Assembly: GCA_964636355.1 (NCBI GenBank)
Contig: CAZWRG010000001.1
Coordinates: 41,687 to 105,686 of the forward strand
DNA length: 64,000 nucleotides
Source of the DNA: an uncultured Candidatus Saccharibacteria bacterium
GTDB lineage: Bacteria > Patescibacteriota > Saccharimonadia > Saccharimonadales > JAGQNK01
Direction: 5' to 3'
Shown: positions 26,093-35,166 of the stretch, piece after piece
How positions within the stretch are numbered: position 1 is the stretch's first letter
Layout of the letters: every line of letters begins with the position of its first letter
Position numbers and translations under genes: made by a program
Notes under the pieces: model-generated
Databases searched by the model: none
What the model was told of the DNA's origin: nothing
Seen by the model: the letters and a program-made list of their open reading frames with translations, nothing else

Positions 26093-28516
26093 CTAGGCAA
26101 CATGCCAGCCATTAGCGCTGATTTTAGTAAGGACCGCTCGTTCATTTTGAGATATTGAGGCCGTGCCAACTGCTGTTGCGCCAGCACCAGCTTCAATACT
26201 AACTACCCCTGTGCCTAAGTTAATAACCGGGATTATAGCTCCCACCGGAATGGCGGCAGCGCTATTTTGGGGCAAACTAAGAGTCGAAGCCGAGCCATTA
26301 TTCATAGTAATTTGCTTACCTGCATCGCTTAACACCAATGTGTAGCTAGTGCCGGTCTGAGCATTTATGGCTGGTGCAATATTAGCCTGCAGAGTGCCCT
26401 CACCCTTGTTTATGGTAAGTTGAGCAGCACCGTTCCTAGAAAGATGAAGATCTTGCGCGCTAGTACCAGGACCTAGACTAATGGTTGTGCTTGGTAAACT
26501 AAATGCTAGTGTTGCAAGGGTATGGTTTACTACCGCAAAATTAGGGTTAGGACTGTTATCATAAACATTAAATCCTGGAGACCCTAGGAGTGAAGTAATT
26601 TCCACTTTTCCGGCTGCTTGTTGCCAGGTTTTAGTTGATGCCGAGAGGCTGGCTGTGACCTGAGAAATATCATAATCTGAACGACTGGTGTGGGCATAGG
26701 CTTGACCAATAGGGTCACCGCCGACCACCGCTGATACATGCCTGGATATCATGTGCCTTATGTATTCGCCAGGATGAACATTATCACTGCTATATACACC
26801 TTCAGGGTCGCCCATAGTACTATAATCACCAACCCCCAGAGAGCCATCAATAAGCCCTACGGACAGATTGGCGGCCAGCTGTCGCCCAACTTCTGCCTCT
26901 GCCCTGGTAAATACCTCATTTATGTAAGGAATCCATAGTGCTATATCGCACGAAGCTACAGACCTAATTGCATTAATTAGACCCGTGATCTTGGTTTCAT
27001 ATAAAGATGTGTCTGCTGCGGTTCCATCATTTGTCCCGGTAGATATAATCACTAAATCAGGCTGTAAGTTGTCAATTAGGTCTAAGCCAGCGAAAGAGTT
27101 ATTGGTAAAGTAATCACTGGCTGCTCCCGAACGAGAAACGTTAAAGACTCTAACTCCCCTGTTTTTGGTACTAGAATGAAAGTATACACCCTCAAGTATC
27201 ACGGTCTGTCCGCCAGTACAAATTGCCGTTAGATGAATATCATGATCGCTATAACTTAGCTCATCAGACGTCCAGATTTGTGAGGCTTTTTGAGCCCCGG
27301 AAGTGTCTATAGTGTGCAGTAAAGTGCCACCAGCACCACCGTCTCTAACTTCTATTAGACCACCAGTAGGCTGACTATTATAGATTATAGAAATAGCATC
27401 CGTTTTGGCCGTATGGGAAGCAATCTGACCGTTAGTCATTGATACCGAGTAGCCACCGATACCAGCCTGAACATCAGAGCCCTCACAAACATTTAACCTA
27501 CCAATGCCGGTTGCCGCTTTAGCATAGAGCATAAATCCAGCACTAGCTCTGGTCCCCCCAATGTAACTCAAGTCTTTAATAAGTCTGTTTGGCCAACAAG
27601 TGGTTCCGCCTAATGCTGATATTGAATCTCCAACTACTACGATGTTAACCGGAGAGGTTGGGGCATTGCTCAAAGCGGTAAACCAATTGTCTAAATTTTT
27701 CGGCCTAATATAGACACCTTCAGCTAATCCAGTGGCCTGGGTACTGCCAGAAACTGAGTTATCAACATATGCCTTGACAGCTTTTTGTGAAGGATATCGT
27801 TCGTCACTATTTGCCGTTAGGCTGCCGTCTGTATCCTTATTTGAAACATCTTCCTTAAGATCGAGGGCCTGCTCGGTAGCAGTTGAAAGTGGCTTATCGC
27901 TATCTGCTGTATTGTCGACATTCGATAAACCAACACTACTTTTATCAATTGAAACTGCGCCCGTCTGACCATTAACCGAAGCAACTGCGTTAACCTCTGC
28001 CCCATCTTGAATACCTTCTAGTTTGGATTTTTCAGCAGTTGTGAAGGACGCTGTAATATCATCAAGAACAGCCTGATTAGGATGACTATGTCTGGATGAA
28101 GTGTTAGCCGTGACGTCCGCATGACTTGACACCGCAGCGGCAAAATCAGTTATATCACTTGCTTGGTGATCATGGTTAGCGTCAGCTTTGTCAGCTAAGG
28201 CCGGGACTGTCGGGCTGGCAGCTGTTCCGCCAAGATCTCCAGTCAACTGAACTAGGCCAGGGGTTGTACCGTTAGCCAACGGAGCCCCTGAAGTAGCTAC
28301 CGAATCTACGTAAGCTTTATTTGCAGCATCAGTATTATCTACTGGGCTAGGAACTGTTACGCTACCAGTAAAAGTTGGATTGTTTAATGGAGCTAAGTTG
28401 CCTATTGTTCCAGATGTTTTTAGAGAGCCATCCTGATTATGTTCAACCGACAGGAATTCATTGAGCAAAGTACCCCATTTACCCTTGTCACCGCCTGGTT
28501 CTGGTAGTCTAGCCAT
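26093..28516 (-). CDS. Phage-tail-fibre-like repeat protein fused to an SGNH (GDSL) hydrolase domain, inserted between truB and rpsO
   Basis: 807 aa with no signal peptide. N-terminal half has tail-fibre-type repeats (LNNPTFTGSVTVPSP...AANKAYVD; DHQASDITDF; YPSQKAVKAYVDN). Central region has SGNH blocks GDSIS, GTNDG and DNVH. C-terminal ~200 aa are Gly/Ala/Ser-rich. Confidence 0.65.
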   Translation of the reverse strand: MARLPEPGGDKGKWGTLLNEFLSVEHNQDGSLKTSGTIGNLAPLNNPTFTGSVTVPSPVDNTDAANKAYVDSVATSGAPLANGTTPGLVQLTGDLGGTAASPTVPALADKADANHDHQASDITDFAAAVSSHADVTANTSSRHSHPNQAVLDDITASFTTAEKSKLEGIQDGAEVNAVASVNGQTGAVSIDKSSVGLSNVDNTADSDKPLSTATEQALDLKEDVSNKDTDGSLTANSDERYPSQKAVKAYVDNSVSGSTQATGLAEGVYIRPKNLDNWFTALSNAPTSPVNIVVVGDSISALGGTTCWPNRLIKDLSYIGGTRASAGFMLYAKAATGIGRLNVCEGSDVQAGIGGYSVSMTNGQIASHTAKTDAISIIYNSQPTGGLIEVRDGGAGGTLLHTIDTSGAQKASQIWTSDELSYSDHDIHLTAICTGGQTVILEGVYFHSSTKNRGVRVFNVSRSGAASDYFTNNSFAGLDLIDNLQPDLVIISTGTNDGTAADTSLYETKITGLINAIRSVASCDIALWIPYINEVFTRAEAEVGRQLAANLSVGLIDGSLGVGDYSTMGDPEGVYSSDNVHPGEYIRHMISRHVSAVVGGDPIGQAYAHTSRSDYDISQVTASLSASTKTWQQAAGKVEITSLLGSPGFNVYDNSPNPNFAVVNHTLATLAFSLPSTTISLGPGTSAQDLHLSRNGAAQLTINKGEGTLQANIAPAINAQTGTSYTLVLSDAGKQITMNNGSASTLSLPQNSAAAIPVGAIIPVINLGTGVVSIEAGAGATAVGTASISQNERAVLTKISANGWHVA

Positions 28517-28598
28517 TTTTTTATCTCTATATTACGTCTTATGTATCATATAACTGCCAAACCCCTGCAGTCAAGCCGCTAAAGCTTAAAGAAAACTG

Positions 28599-29276
28599 TC
28601 AAAGAGTGATTAAATCACGCTTCAAGTCTAGCTCAGCAATTGCCCTAGAATCGCTAATACTAAAATCACCTACGCTGATACGCCGAAGATCAGTCATATA
28701 AGCCCCAACCGCCAGTTTTTGCCCAACGTCCCGAACCAAGCTTCTGATATAAGTGCCGCTAGATACATCTGCCATAAAACTGACAAACGGATAATCATAT
28801 TTTAAGTCGGTGATTGAGCGAATATTAACCAGTCGTGGCTCCAGTTTGACGTCCTTGCCTTCTCGAGCCAACTTGTAAGCCCGCTTACCATCTACCTTGA
28901 TGGCCGAATAAATCGGCGGAATTTGCTCAATTTCGCCCACAAATTGCTGCAAAGTGGCCTCTAGTTCTGATTGACTGATGATTTTTTGGTGATCACTTTT
29001 TGTCTTGTCACCCTCTTCGTCATCAGTGGTGCTGGTCTCACCAAGCTTCATGGTTACTTGATAGGTTTTATCTAGTTTCGAGAACTCCTGGGCCCTTTTG
29101 CAGTACGAACCGACCGTCAACACCAACAGTCCGGTGGCTAACGGATCTAAAGTGCCGGTGTGGCCAACTTTTGGCTTTTTTTGACCAGTTTCTTGCTTGA
29201 TAACTCCCCTAACCTTGGCGACCACGTCAAAACTGGTCCAGCCTTTTGGCTTATCAATCAGCAATAATCCATCCAT
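28599..29276 (-). CDS. truB: tRNA pseudouridine(55) synthase
   Basis: MDGLLLIDKPKGWTSFDVV...GHTGTLDPLATGLL, including the catalytic Asp motif. Confidence 0.9.
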   Translation of the reverse strand: MDGLLLIDKPKGWTSFDVVAKVRGVIKQETGQKKPKVGHTGTLDPLATGLLVLTVGSYCKRAQEFSKLDKTYQVTMKLGETSTTDDEEGDKTKSDHQKIISQSELEATLQQFVGEIEQIPPIYSAIKVDGKRAYKLAREGKDVKLEPRLVNIRSITDLKYDYPFVSFMADVSSGTYIRSLVRDVGQKLAVGAYMTDLRRISVGDFSISDSRAIAELDLKRDLITL

Positions 29277-29317
29277 GGATGTTATGTTACCAGTTTTACT
29301 TATGAATTCTTAAATGA

Positions 29318-31186
29318 TTAAGAATTTGGCGGCGGCATTAGCGGCGGCGGAACCGGTGGTGGTGAACCTGCCGACGTGCCAGGCGCGGCCGTTTCATCCT
29401 GCGGCATGGGCCGGTTTTTATCGATTAGATTTTCAGGATAGCTAATTGTACCTTCGGTATCGATATGAATATTTGGGGTGTCTTTGCTTGGATCAGCTTC
29501 GGAGTCGGCTGCTGGCTGGGCATCACTGGCGGAGCCCTCCTCATGCGGAACATCTAACCGACCGTCAGCCCCTAGGGCTTCAATTGGCTTGGTTGGCTCT
29601 TCCTGAGCGGTATTAATCGCATTATCAACCTGACTTCTTATTTCATCAATATTGGCTGGCTCGGTAGCTGGTTCACTTGCCGGCTGGTCATCGATTGGAT
29701 TTGAAGGAGGAGTAGCTTCATCTTTCGGCTGATCGCCCTGATTAGCAGGCGCTTGTGTGTTATCAGCTTCTGCTTGATGAGGACTGCTAACGGCTGCCTC
29801 AATATCTTCTAAAGTCCGATTGTCTGGCTGAGGCGCTGCTGGCGATGACTGCTCTTGATTAGTGGCCTCTGTAGCCGCTTCGGCTTTTACCTGATCGACA
29901 GCTTCGGGATTATCAGGATTGTCATTTTTAATTGCTTCTAGGGCTGGCTTTTCGTGGTCCAATAATGGCCGGTTATCAATATGCGGCGTCTTTAAAACTG
30001 ACTCTTCGCCAGTTACCCGGTCCGCGGCAGCACTTAATGGACCGCCAGTACTTGGCGGCTGGGAAACAAATTTCAGATCAGCTGGTGATTGAATTCGCGA
30101 AGAATCACCGGTTGGCCGAGCTTCACTGATAATTGGACGAGTCGGGGTATCTACAAAGCTGCGATGATTATTTTTTTGATCATCGGCCGGCTGGTCATCA
30201 GACTGCTCGGTCACAGCAGCCGGTTGAGACTGATCTGTTTGATTGTCGGCTTGCGGCTCGTCACTTGGCTCAGGCAATTCCGACATTTCTAAATCAGCTG
30301 GCGCCTCTTTTAAGTCATCGTTAGCTTCAGCTTGGTCGTCATTTAAATGTTCAATGTGCAGTGAGCCGTCTTCAGCAATTGTGGCCTCTGGTAAATCGAC
30401 CTCTTCTTCTGATTCAGAGTTGTTTTCAGGCTTCGGGGGTTCAACTGGCGCTTCAAGTTTAGTTACTACCAGTTGCTGATTGGCGCCGGCAGCCATTAAT
30501 TTAGCGCTCATATTCATAGTAATCGAAGTGGTTTTTTCATTACTAAACCGATCAGTTTCAGCGATTATTCCGGTCAACAGCGCAGTTGCCATCTGTTCAT
30601 CGAGGCTGTTTTCTTTGATTAGATCACTCAGACCAACCACCATTTCACACAAGCTGCTTGCCTCGGGGTCAATCCAGTTAATGCTGCCCATTTCGGAACT
30701 ATCATCAGTGTTGATGGTAGTTACCGTGGCGTCGTGAAGAATTCGGCCATGAGCGGTAATCGCCTGATCCAGATCATCGCGGGTTTGCACCCCTAGCGCC
30801 ACCACAACATCAACATTAAAATCGCCCTGGCTAAAGATTAAATCATCTTCGCCAATCGAGGACTTGTAAGGAGTTATAAAGATTTTCACCATGCGGTCTT
30901 CAACCTTATAGCGAATCTTATCAGCCTTGTTCTTATCCAGCGAAATTATAAAATCGCGCAGTGAATCGGTGTTGGTTTCGATAGTCTCATCAGGGCTCAA
31001 GAACTCAATTGTAGACGGCACCTCGCCACTAAACACGGCCGTAGCGTGCTTTTTGAGCTTGTTGAGCATCAGCGTTAGACCAATGGCCGCCGCCAGCTGG
31101 TCAACCGACGGATTGGTGCTAACTGTTATCAGCACGTTATTGGCTTCTTGAATGCGCTGGGCTAATTGATGTTTTGGATTGTCCAT
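29318..31186 (-). CDS. DHH-family (NrnA-like) phosphoesterase-like protein with a ~330-aa acidic, Pro/Gln/Asp-rich disordered C-terminal extension
   Basis: 622 aa. N-terminal ~290 aa resemble a DHH/DHHA1 fold but the motifs are degenerate (VDQ instead of DxD). The remainder is low complexity and ends PPPVPPPLMPPPNS. Confidence 0.45.
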   Translation of the reverse strand: MDNPKHQLAQRIQEANNVLITVSTNPSVDQLAAAIGLTLMLNKLKKHATAVFSGEVPSTIEFLSPDETIETNTDSLRDFIISLDKNKADKIRYKVEDRMVKIFITPYKSSIGEDDLIFSQGDFNVDVVVALGVQTRDDLDQAITAHGRILHDATVTTINTDDSSEMGSINWIDPEASSLCEMVVGLSDLIKENSLDEQMATALLTGIIAETDRFSNEKTTSITMNMSAKLMAAGANQQLVVTKLEAPVEPPKPENNSESEEEVDLPEATIAEDGSLHIEHLNDDQAEANDDLKEAPADLEMSELPEPSDEPQADNQTDQSQPAAVTEQSDDQPADDQKNNHRSFVDTPTRPIISEARPTGDSSRIQSPADLKFVSQPPSTGGPLSAAADRVTGEESVLKTPHIDNRPLLDHEKPALEAIKNDNPDNPEAVDQVKAEAATEATNQEQSSPAAPQPDNRTLEDIEAAVSSPHQAEADNTQAPANQGDQPKDEATPPSNPIDDQPASEPATEPANIDEIRSQVDNAINTAQEEPTKPIEALGADGRLDVPHEEGSASDAQPAADSEADPSKDTPNIHIDTEGTISYPENLIDKNRPMPQDETAAPGTSAGSPPPVPPPLMPPPNS

Positions 31187-31322
31187 TTTGTTTTGTTTAT
31201 TTTTGATTTACTCTCCTTAAAAGCTATCATAAACTTAAGCAATTAGCAAGCCCTAAATCAGTTTTGCCCCAAATAATCGCTCGCTTAATTTCATCAAAAT
31301 TTAAAACCCTGAGGCTAAACTC

Positions 31323-31351
31323 TTTACAAACTGAGGTCAAAACGTTATAGT
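31323..31351 (+). promoter_or_regulatory. Sigma70-type promoter for rpsT
   Basis: TTTACA, 17-nt spacer, TATAGT. AAGGAA ribosome-binding site 8 nt before the ATG. Confidence 0.5.
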
Positions 31352-31391
31352 CTAGCTTTGAGAATTTATAAATCCTAAGAAGGAACAATTA

Positions 31392-31781
31392 ATGCCAATT
31401 ATTAAATCAGCTAAAAAACGTGTTCGCGTGGCCCGAAAAGCTACAATTCGAAACGTCAAAACTAAGCGAACAATCAAATCTACCCTGAAAGCCTTTCAAA
31501 CGGCTGTTACCGGTGGTAAAAATGCCTCTGAAGCCAAGAGCAAAGCTCAAGGAGCACTCGATACAGCGGCTAAGAAAAAGGTCATGCACAAAAATAAAGT
31601 TGCCCGCAAACAGCGGCAACTAGCCGCTGCTGCAAAAGCTGCTGGCGTAAAAACAGCGGCCAAAAAGCCTACAGCCAAGAAAGCTGCACCAGCTAAGAAG
31701 ACCACCACCGCTAAAAAATCTCCTGCTAAAAAACCAGCAGCTAAGAAAACCACTGCTGCCAAGAAAACAACCAAGAAATAA
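31392..31781 (+). CDS. rpsT: 30S ribosomal protein S20 with a Lys/Ala-rich histone-H1-like C-terminal tail
   Basis: N-terminus MPIIKSAKKRVRVARKATIRNVKTKR matches the S20 core (~85 aa). It is followed by ~45 aa of AKK/AAK repeats. Confidence 0.85.
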   Translation: MPIIKSAKKRVRVARKATIRNVKTKRTIKSTLKAFQTAVTGGKNASEAKSKAQGALDTAAKKKVMHKNKVARKQRQLAAAAKAAGVKTAAKKPTAKKAAPAKKTTTAKKSPAKKPAAKKTTAAKKTTKK

Positions 31782-31801
31782 CTCTTTAATTTTAGCCGGT
31801 C

Positions 31802-31834
31802 AAAAAACCGTTACCAGTCGGTGGCGGTTTTTTA
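31802..31834. terminator. Bidirectional rho-independent terminator between rpsT (+) and holA (-)
   Basis: AAAAAACCGTTACC AGTC GGTGGCGGTTTTTT. A-tract, GC stem, then T-tract. It overlaps the holA stop codon. Confidence 0.55.
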
Positions 31835-32752
31835 TTTGCCAATACTCACCAGCAAATTGGTCAGTGCCTGATCAGCGTCAATTGGCTGGCTTTTTAATTT
31901 AATGTCCAGCTCCAGCGACTGGCTAATCAGCCGTTTTATCTGCACTAGACTCAACTTTTTAGCCAGGTTTTGGCTTTTGCTAACCACATATGGATTAATT
32001 TTTGCCTGCTTGGCTATTTCGGAAGAGCTGCGGCTGCCAGCCGTTTTGACAATTGCTAAAACATGTAGCTGCCAGGCTAAAAGCGCCAAAATCTGTTGCG
32101 GCTCGACTTTCAAAAATCGCTGTTGATCATATAACTCCAAGGCTTTTTGGGATTGACCGTTTAAGGCGGCATCTAGAAGTTCAAAGATCGTACTTTGCGG
32201 TGTTTTATCTGTTAAAAGATCAATTGCTTGACGATTAATCTGCGGATTATAAGTAATCAGCTTTGTAATTTCATGGCTCAGCAGTTGCTGATTCTGCCCT
32301 ACTCTCTCAACCAAATAACGAGCATCATTAGCACTTAAACTGCCGCCACCAAGCTCGGCCCAAGAAGAGGCCCATTCAACCAAGCCTCGCTGATCAGGCT
32401 CTTTAAATTCATTCATCTGAGCATTTTTCTTTAAGAACTTGTAGTAGCTTAGCCGCTTATCAAGTTTTGGCTCGACCAAAATGACATCTGTAGTTTCTGG
32501 AACGGACGCTAATAGTTCAGCTGACTTTTCTAAAAATTCTTTATTTGAGCTGGGTTGAGTTAAAACTACTAGTTTTTTACTAGCCAAAAACGGCAAACTC
32601 TCCAGAGCCTCTCGAATTTTGTCATAACTGGCTTCCTCGCCATCAAGCTGCTCCAGCCCCATATCGGTGTATTCGGCTTCAAACAGCCCAATCAACCGAT
32701 TAAGCTCAGCTCTAAGCAAAAAAGAATTTTCTCCGGTTAACACTGTAGTCAT
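31832..32752 (-). CDS. holA: DNA polymerase III delta subunit
   Basis: 306 aa. Delta N-terminus (...LVVL...) and C-terminal helical domain. Arrangement matches holA. Confidence 0.7.
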   Translation of the reverse strand: MTTVLTGENSFLLRAELNRLIGLFEAEYTDMGLEQLDGEEASYDKIREALESLPFLASKKLVVLTQPSSNKEFLEKSAELLASVPETTDVILVEPKLDKRLSYYKFLKKNAQMNEFKEPDQRGLVEWASSWAELGGGSLSANDARYLVERVGQNQQLLSHEITKLITYNPQINRQAIDLLTDKTPQSTIFELLDAALNGQSQKALELYDQQRFLKVEPQQILALLAWQLHVLAIVKTAGSRSSSEIAKQAKINPYVVSKSQNLAKKLSLVQIKRLISQSLELDIKLKSQPIDADQALTNLLVSIGK

Positions 32753-32780
32753 GCAGTTTAATTATACCTTCGATTACAAA

Positions 32781-33716
32781 TTATTGAGCACTAGATTTTA
32801 GAACCTGGCACTTGGGGCAAATATGAGTTCCGCGGCCAGCAACCCGAATCTTAATAATTAGCGTTTCGGGGTGTCGTTTGCATGGCTGGCCTTCCCGCCT
32901 AAAGACCTTGGCAAAGCTTAAGTAGCTGCCCTTTTTTCCTTCAGCATTTACGTAGTTTTTATCGGAACTTCCGCCGCTGGCAATTGATAATTCCAGAACT
33001 TCTCGAATTTGATCAAATAATGTGTTCAATTTGCTTTTATCGATGTTAATCACTCGTGTTTCGGGGTGTATTTTGGCGCCCCATAAGCTTTCGTCGGCAT
33101 AAATATTGCCAATCCCGGCAATCACTGTTTGGTCTAAAAGCACAGCTTTTATAATGCTACTTTTGCGCCGCAAAAGTCGGGCGCGAAAGTCGGTTTTAGT
33201 AAAGTCAGCACTTAGCGGTTCAGGCCCAACCTTTTTCATAAAATCAATGTTTGGTACTTCAGCCGTGGGGATTAGCTTCATCCAGCCAAATTTACGTTGA
33301 TCATTAAAAAACAGTTTGCTGTCATCCTGAAATGTCAGGACCACTCTGGTGGATTTATCTGGCAGTTTGCCGATCAGCGAATCACTAGGATGCCCCGCCC
33401 CAAACCTAACCTCACTGCCTCTACTTTGTAACTTTTGACTTTCTACTTTTGACTTGCTGGTTTTTTTCACAAAAACAAGCTGACCAGTCATTTTTAGATG
33501 AATAACTAACGAATATTTGCTGTCCAGCTCAATTATCAACACTTTCGCTCGACGCTTAACTTCCAGGACTGCAGCACCAATCAAAAATTGGCTGACATCT
33601 GGCTGACTATTCGGAAAGCTCTTCGGCCAATCATAATCTAGGTTAATAATTTTCTTTCCGGGCAGTAACTGCTGTAAACCAGCTCGGACAGTTTCGACTT
33701 CTGGTAATTCTGGCAT
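32781..33716 (-). CDS. mutM: Formamidopyrimidine-DNA glycosylase (Fpg/MutM)
   Basis: N-terminal MPELPEVE (catalytic Pro2, Glu3). H2TH region. C-terminal zinc finger C..C...CPKC. Confidence 0.85.
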   Translation of the reverse strand: MPELPEVETVRAGLQQLLPGKKIINLDYDWPKSFPNSQPDVSQFLIGAAVLEVKRRAKVLIIELDSKYSLVIHLKMTGQLVFVKKTSKSKVESQKLQSRGSEVRFGAGHPSDSLIGKLPDKSTRVVLTFQDDSKLFFNDQRKFGWMKLIPTAEVPNIDFMKKVGPEPLSADFTKTDFRARLLRRKSSIIKAVLLDQTVIAGIGNIYADESLWGAKIHPETRVINIDKSKLNTLFDQIREVLELSIASGGSSDKNYVNAEGKKGSYLSFAKVFRREGQPCKRHPETLIIKIRVAGRGTHICPKCQVLKSSAQ

Positions 33717-33743
33717 AGCTCTATTTTACGCTACAATAAGTTT

Positions 33744-33983
33744 ATGACTAATTCTTTAGGGGATTTACTGCAGCCTGATAAATTTAAGGAACCGCCTGAA
33801 GTTCAGATTATCAAAGATTTTATTATCCAAAACTTTCAGCAAACACCTGTAGTTGGTGTGCTGCCTGGTCAAATTACAATCAGCATTAAGGGTGCTGCCC
33901 TAGCTGGAACGCTTCGGATGCGACTTCCGGAGTTAAAAGCCCTCTGCAACACTGATAAAAAACTAATCATCAGGATAATTTAA
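33744..33983 (+). CDS. Small hypothetical protein
   Basis: 79-aa ORF on the strand opposite to its neighbours. No recognisable motif. Confidence 0.3.
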   Translation: MTNSLGDLLQPDKFKEPPEVQIIKDFIIQNFQQTPVVGVLPGQITISIKGAALAGTLRMRLPELKALCNTDKKLIIRII

Positions 33984-33986
33984 GAT

Positions 33987-34445
33987 CTAAGCCACAAGTA
34001 GTCGATCCGACTGATGAAAACCTCTGTTGGCCAGGTTGCCGAGCAACCGAGCTTTTTGAAGCAGTAAAAAGCCCTGTTCTTTTGGATTTGTATCCAGCCG
34101 ATTATCTATCTCCGCTATGAATCTATCTTTTATTCCATCAATTTGCTGCTTGTCCTCGTCAGCTATTGTGCCGACTGGCAAAATGTCCGGCGCCCCAAGC
34201 AGCGCAAATAATCCATGGGTAACATCGGTGCCGCAAAACTCAACTTCTGCCGGTTTGTCAGGCTGTGACTGGCAGTCATTGTGACTTTTAATAACATAGC
34301 TGGCAGTACTGATCAGACCTGGAGGAGTGTTTTCGATCAGCATAGTGTCCTCCACCGCTTCAGCGACTCTTGCCAGTAGCGCAGTCTCGCTCAGGCTCAA
34401 CTTTACTGTCCATGACTGACGACCATAGTCTGGATCGATTTCCAT
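33987..34445 (-). CDS. Hypothetical acidic protein
   Basis: 152 aa with no TM segment. Unknown function. Confidence 0.4.
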   Translation of the reverse strand: MEIDPDYGRQSWTVKLSLSETALLARVAEAVEDTMLIENTPPGLISTASYVIKSHNDCQSQPDKPAEVEFCGTDVTHGLFALLGAPDILPVGTIADEDKQQIDGIKDRFIAEIDNRLDTNPKEQGFLLLQKARLLGNLANRGFHQSDRLLVA

Positions 34446-34569
34446 GTCTTTTCCTTGTAAAAATTTAAAGTGTTTATGTTATTGGTGCTGATTACCATTA
34501 TAAAACCCACGTCAACAAAAGCATAAGAGTAATAGACACTTCGTCTTTTTATATCATGTATGGTATAAA

Positions 34570-35136
34570 TCAGAGTATTTTGCTAATATCTTTTTGGAAT
34601 GATTCCAGATCTCTGTAAATAATTGACTTCATGCCCAGCGCCTCGGCTTCTGTGCAGTATCTTTCTAGGTCATCTACCAACACGCATTCATCCAGCTCAA
34701 CACCCAGCCGACTGGCAATAAGTTCAAACATTCGATGGTCTGGCTTAACCAGCCGCGCCTCGTAAGACAGAGCCGAAGCGTCAATTAAACCAGCCTGGTC
34801 AGGTGTAAAAAGCTGACTCACGACATCATAATTAGCGTTACTTAGCAGGCCGATTTTATATTTGGGCTTCAGGCTTTTCCTGATGTAGTCAAACAGCTCA
34901 GTGTTGGGGACCTGTCTGCCAACCGCCTCTCTGAGCAGCTGTTCATCAACTCCAATTTTGGCTGAGGCTATTTTGAAATAATCATTTATGCCGATCATTC
35001 CGTAATCATTTTGCTTGCCAAGATCAGCAACTTCTTGAGCTAATTTTTGATTGTCACCAATGTATTTACGCTTAAAAGGCAGCCAGCCGTCTTCGGCCAG
35101 CACTCCAAAACAATCAAAAATAATCGCACGAGTCAT
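34570..35136 (-). CDS. HAD-superfamily hydrolase
   Basis: Motif I DCFGVL at the N-terminus (MTRAIIFDCFGVL). Motif IV-like VDD near the C-terminus. Confidence 0.7.
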   Translation of the reverse strand: MTRAIIFDCFGVLAEDGWLPFKRKYIGDNQKLAQEVADLGKQNDYGMIGINDYFKIASAKIGVDEQLLREAVGRQVPNTELFDYIRKSLKPKYKIGLLSNANYDVVSQLFTPDQAGLIDASALSYEARLVKPDHRMFELIASRLGVELDECVLVDDLERYCTEAEALGMKSIIYRDLESFQKDISKIL

Positions 35137-35166
35137 GAAAAGAGTTTATCAAGTTGAATAATCGAA

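Noticed and set aside
31407-31774. Two minus-strand ORFs (70 aa and 75 aa) antisense to rpsT
   Set aside because: They are created by the low-complexity GCN/AAR repeats of the S20 Lys/Ala tail. The plus-strand gene has a promoter, ribosome-binding site and conserved S20 N-terminus.
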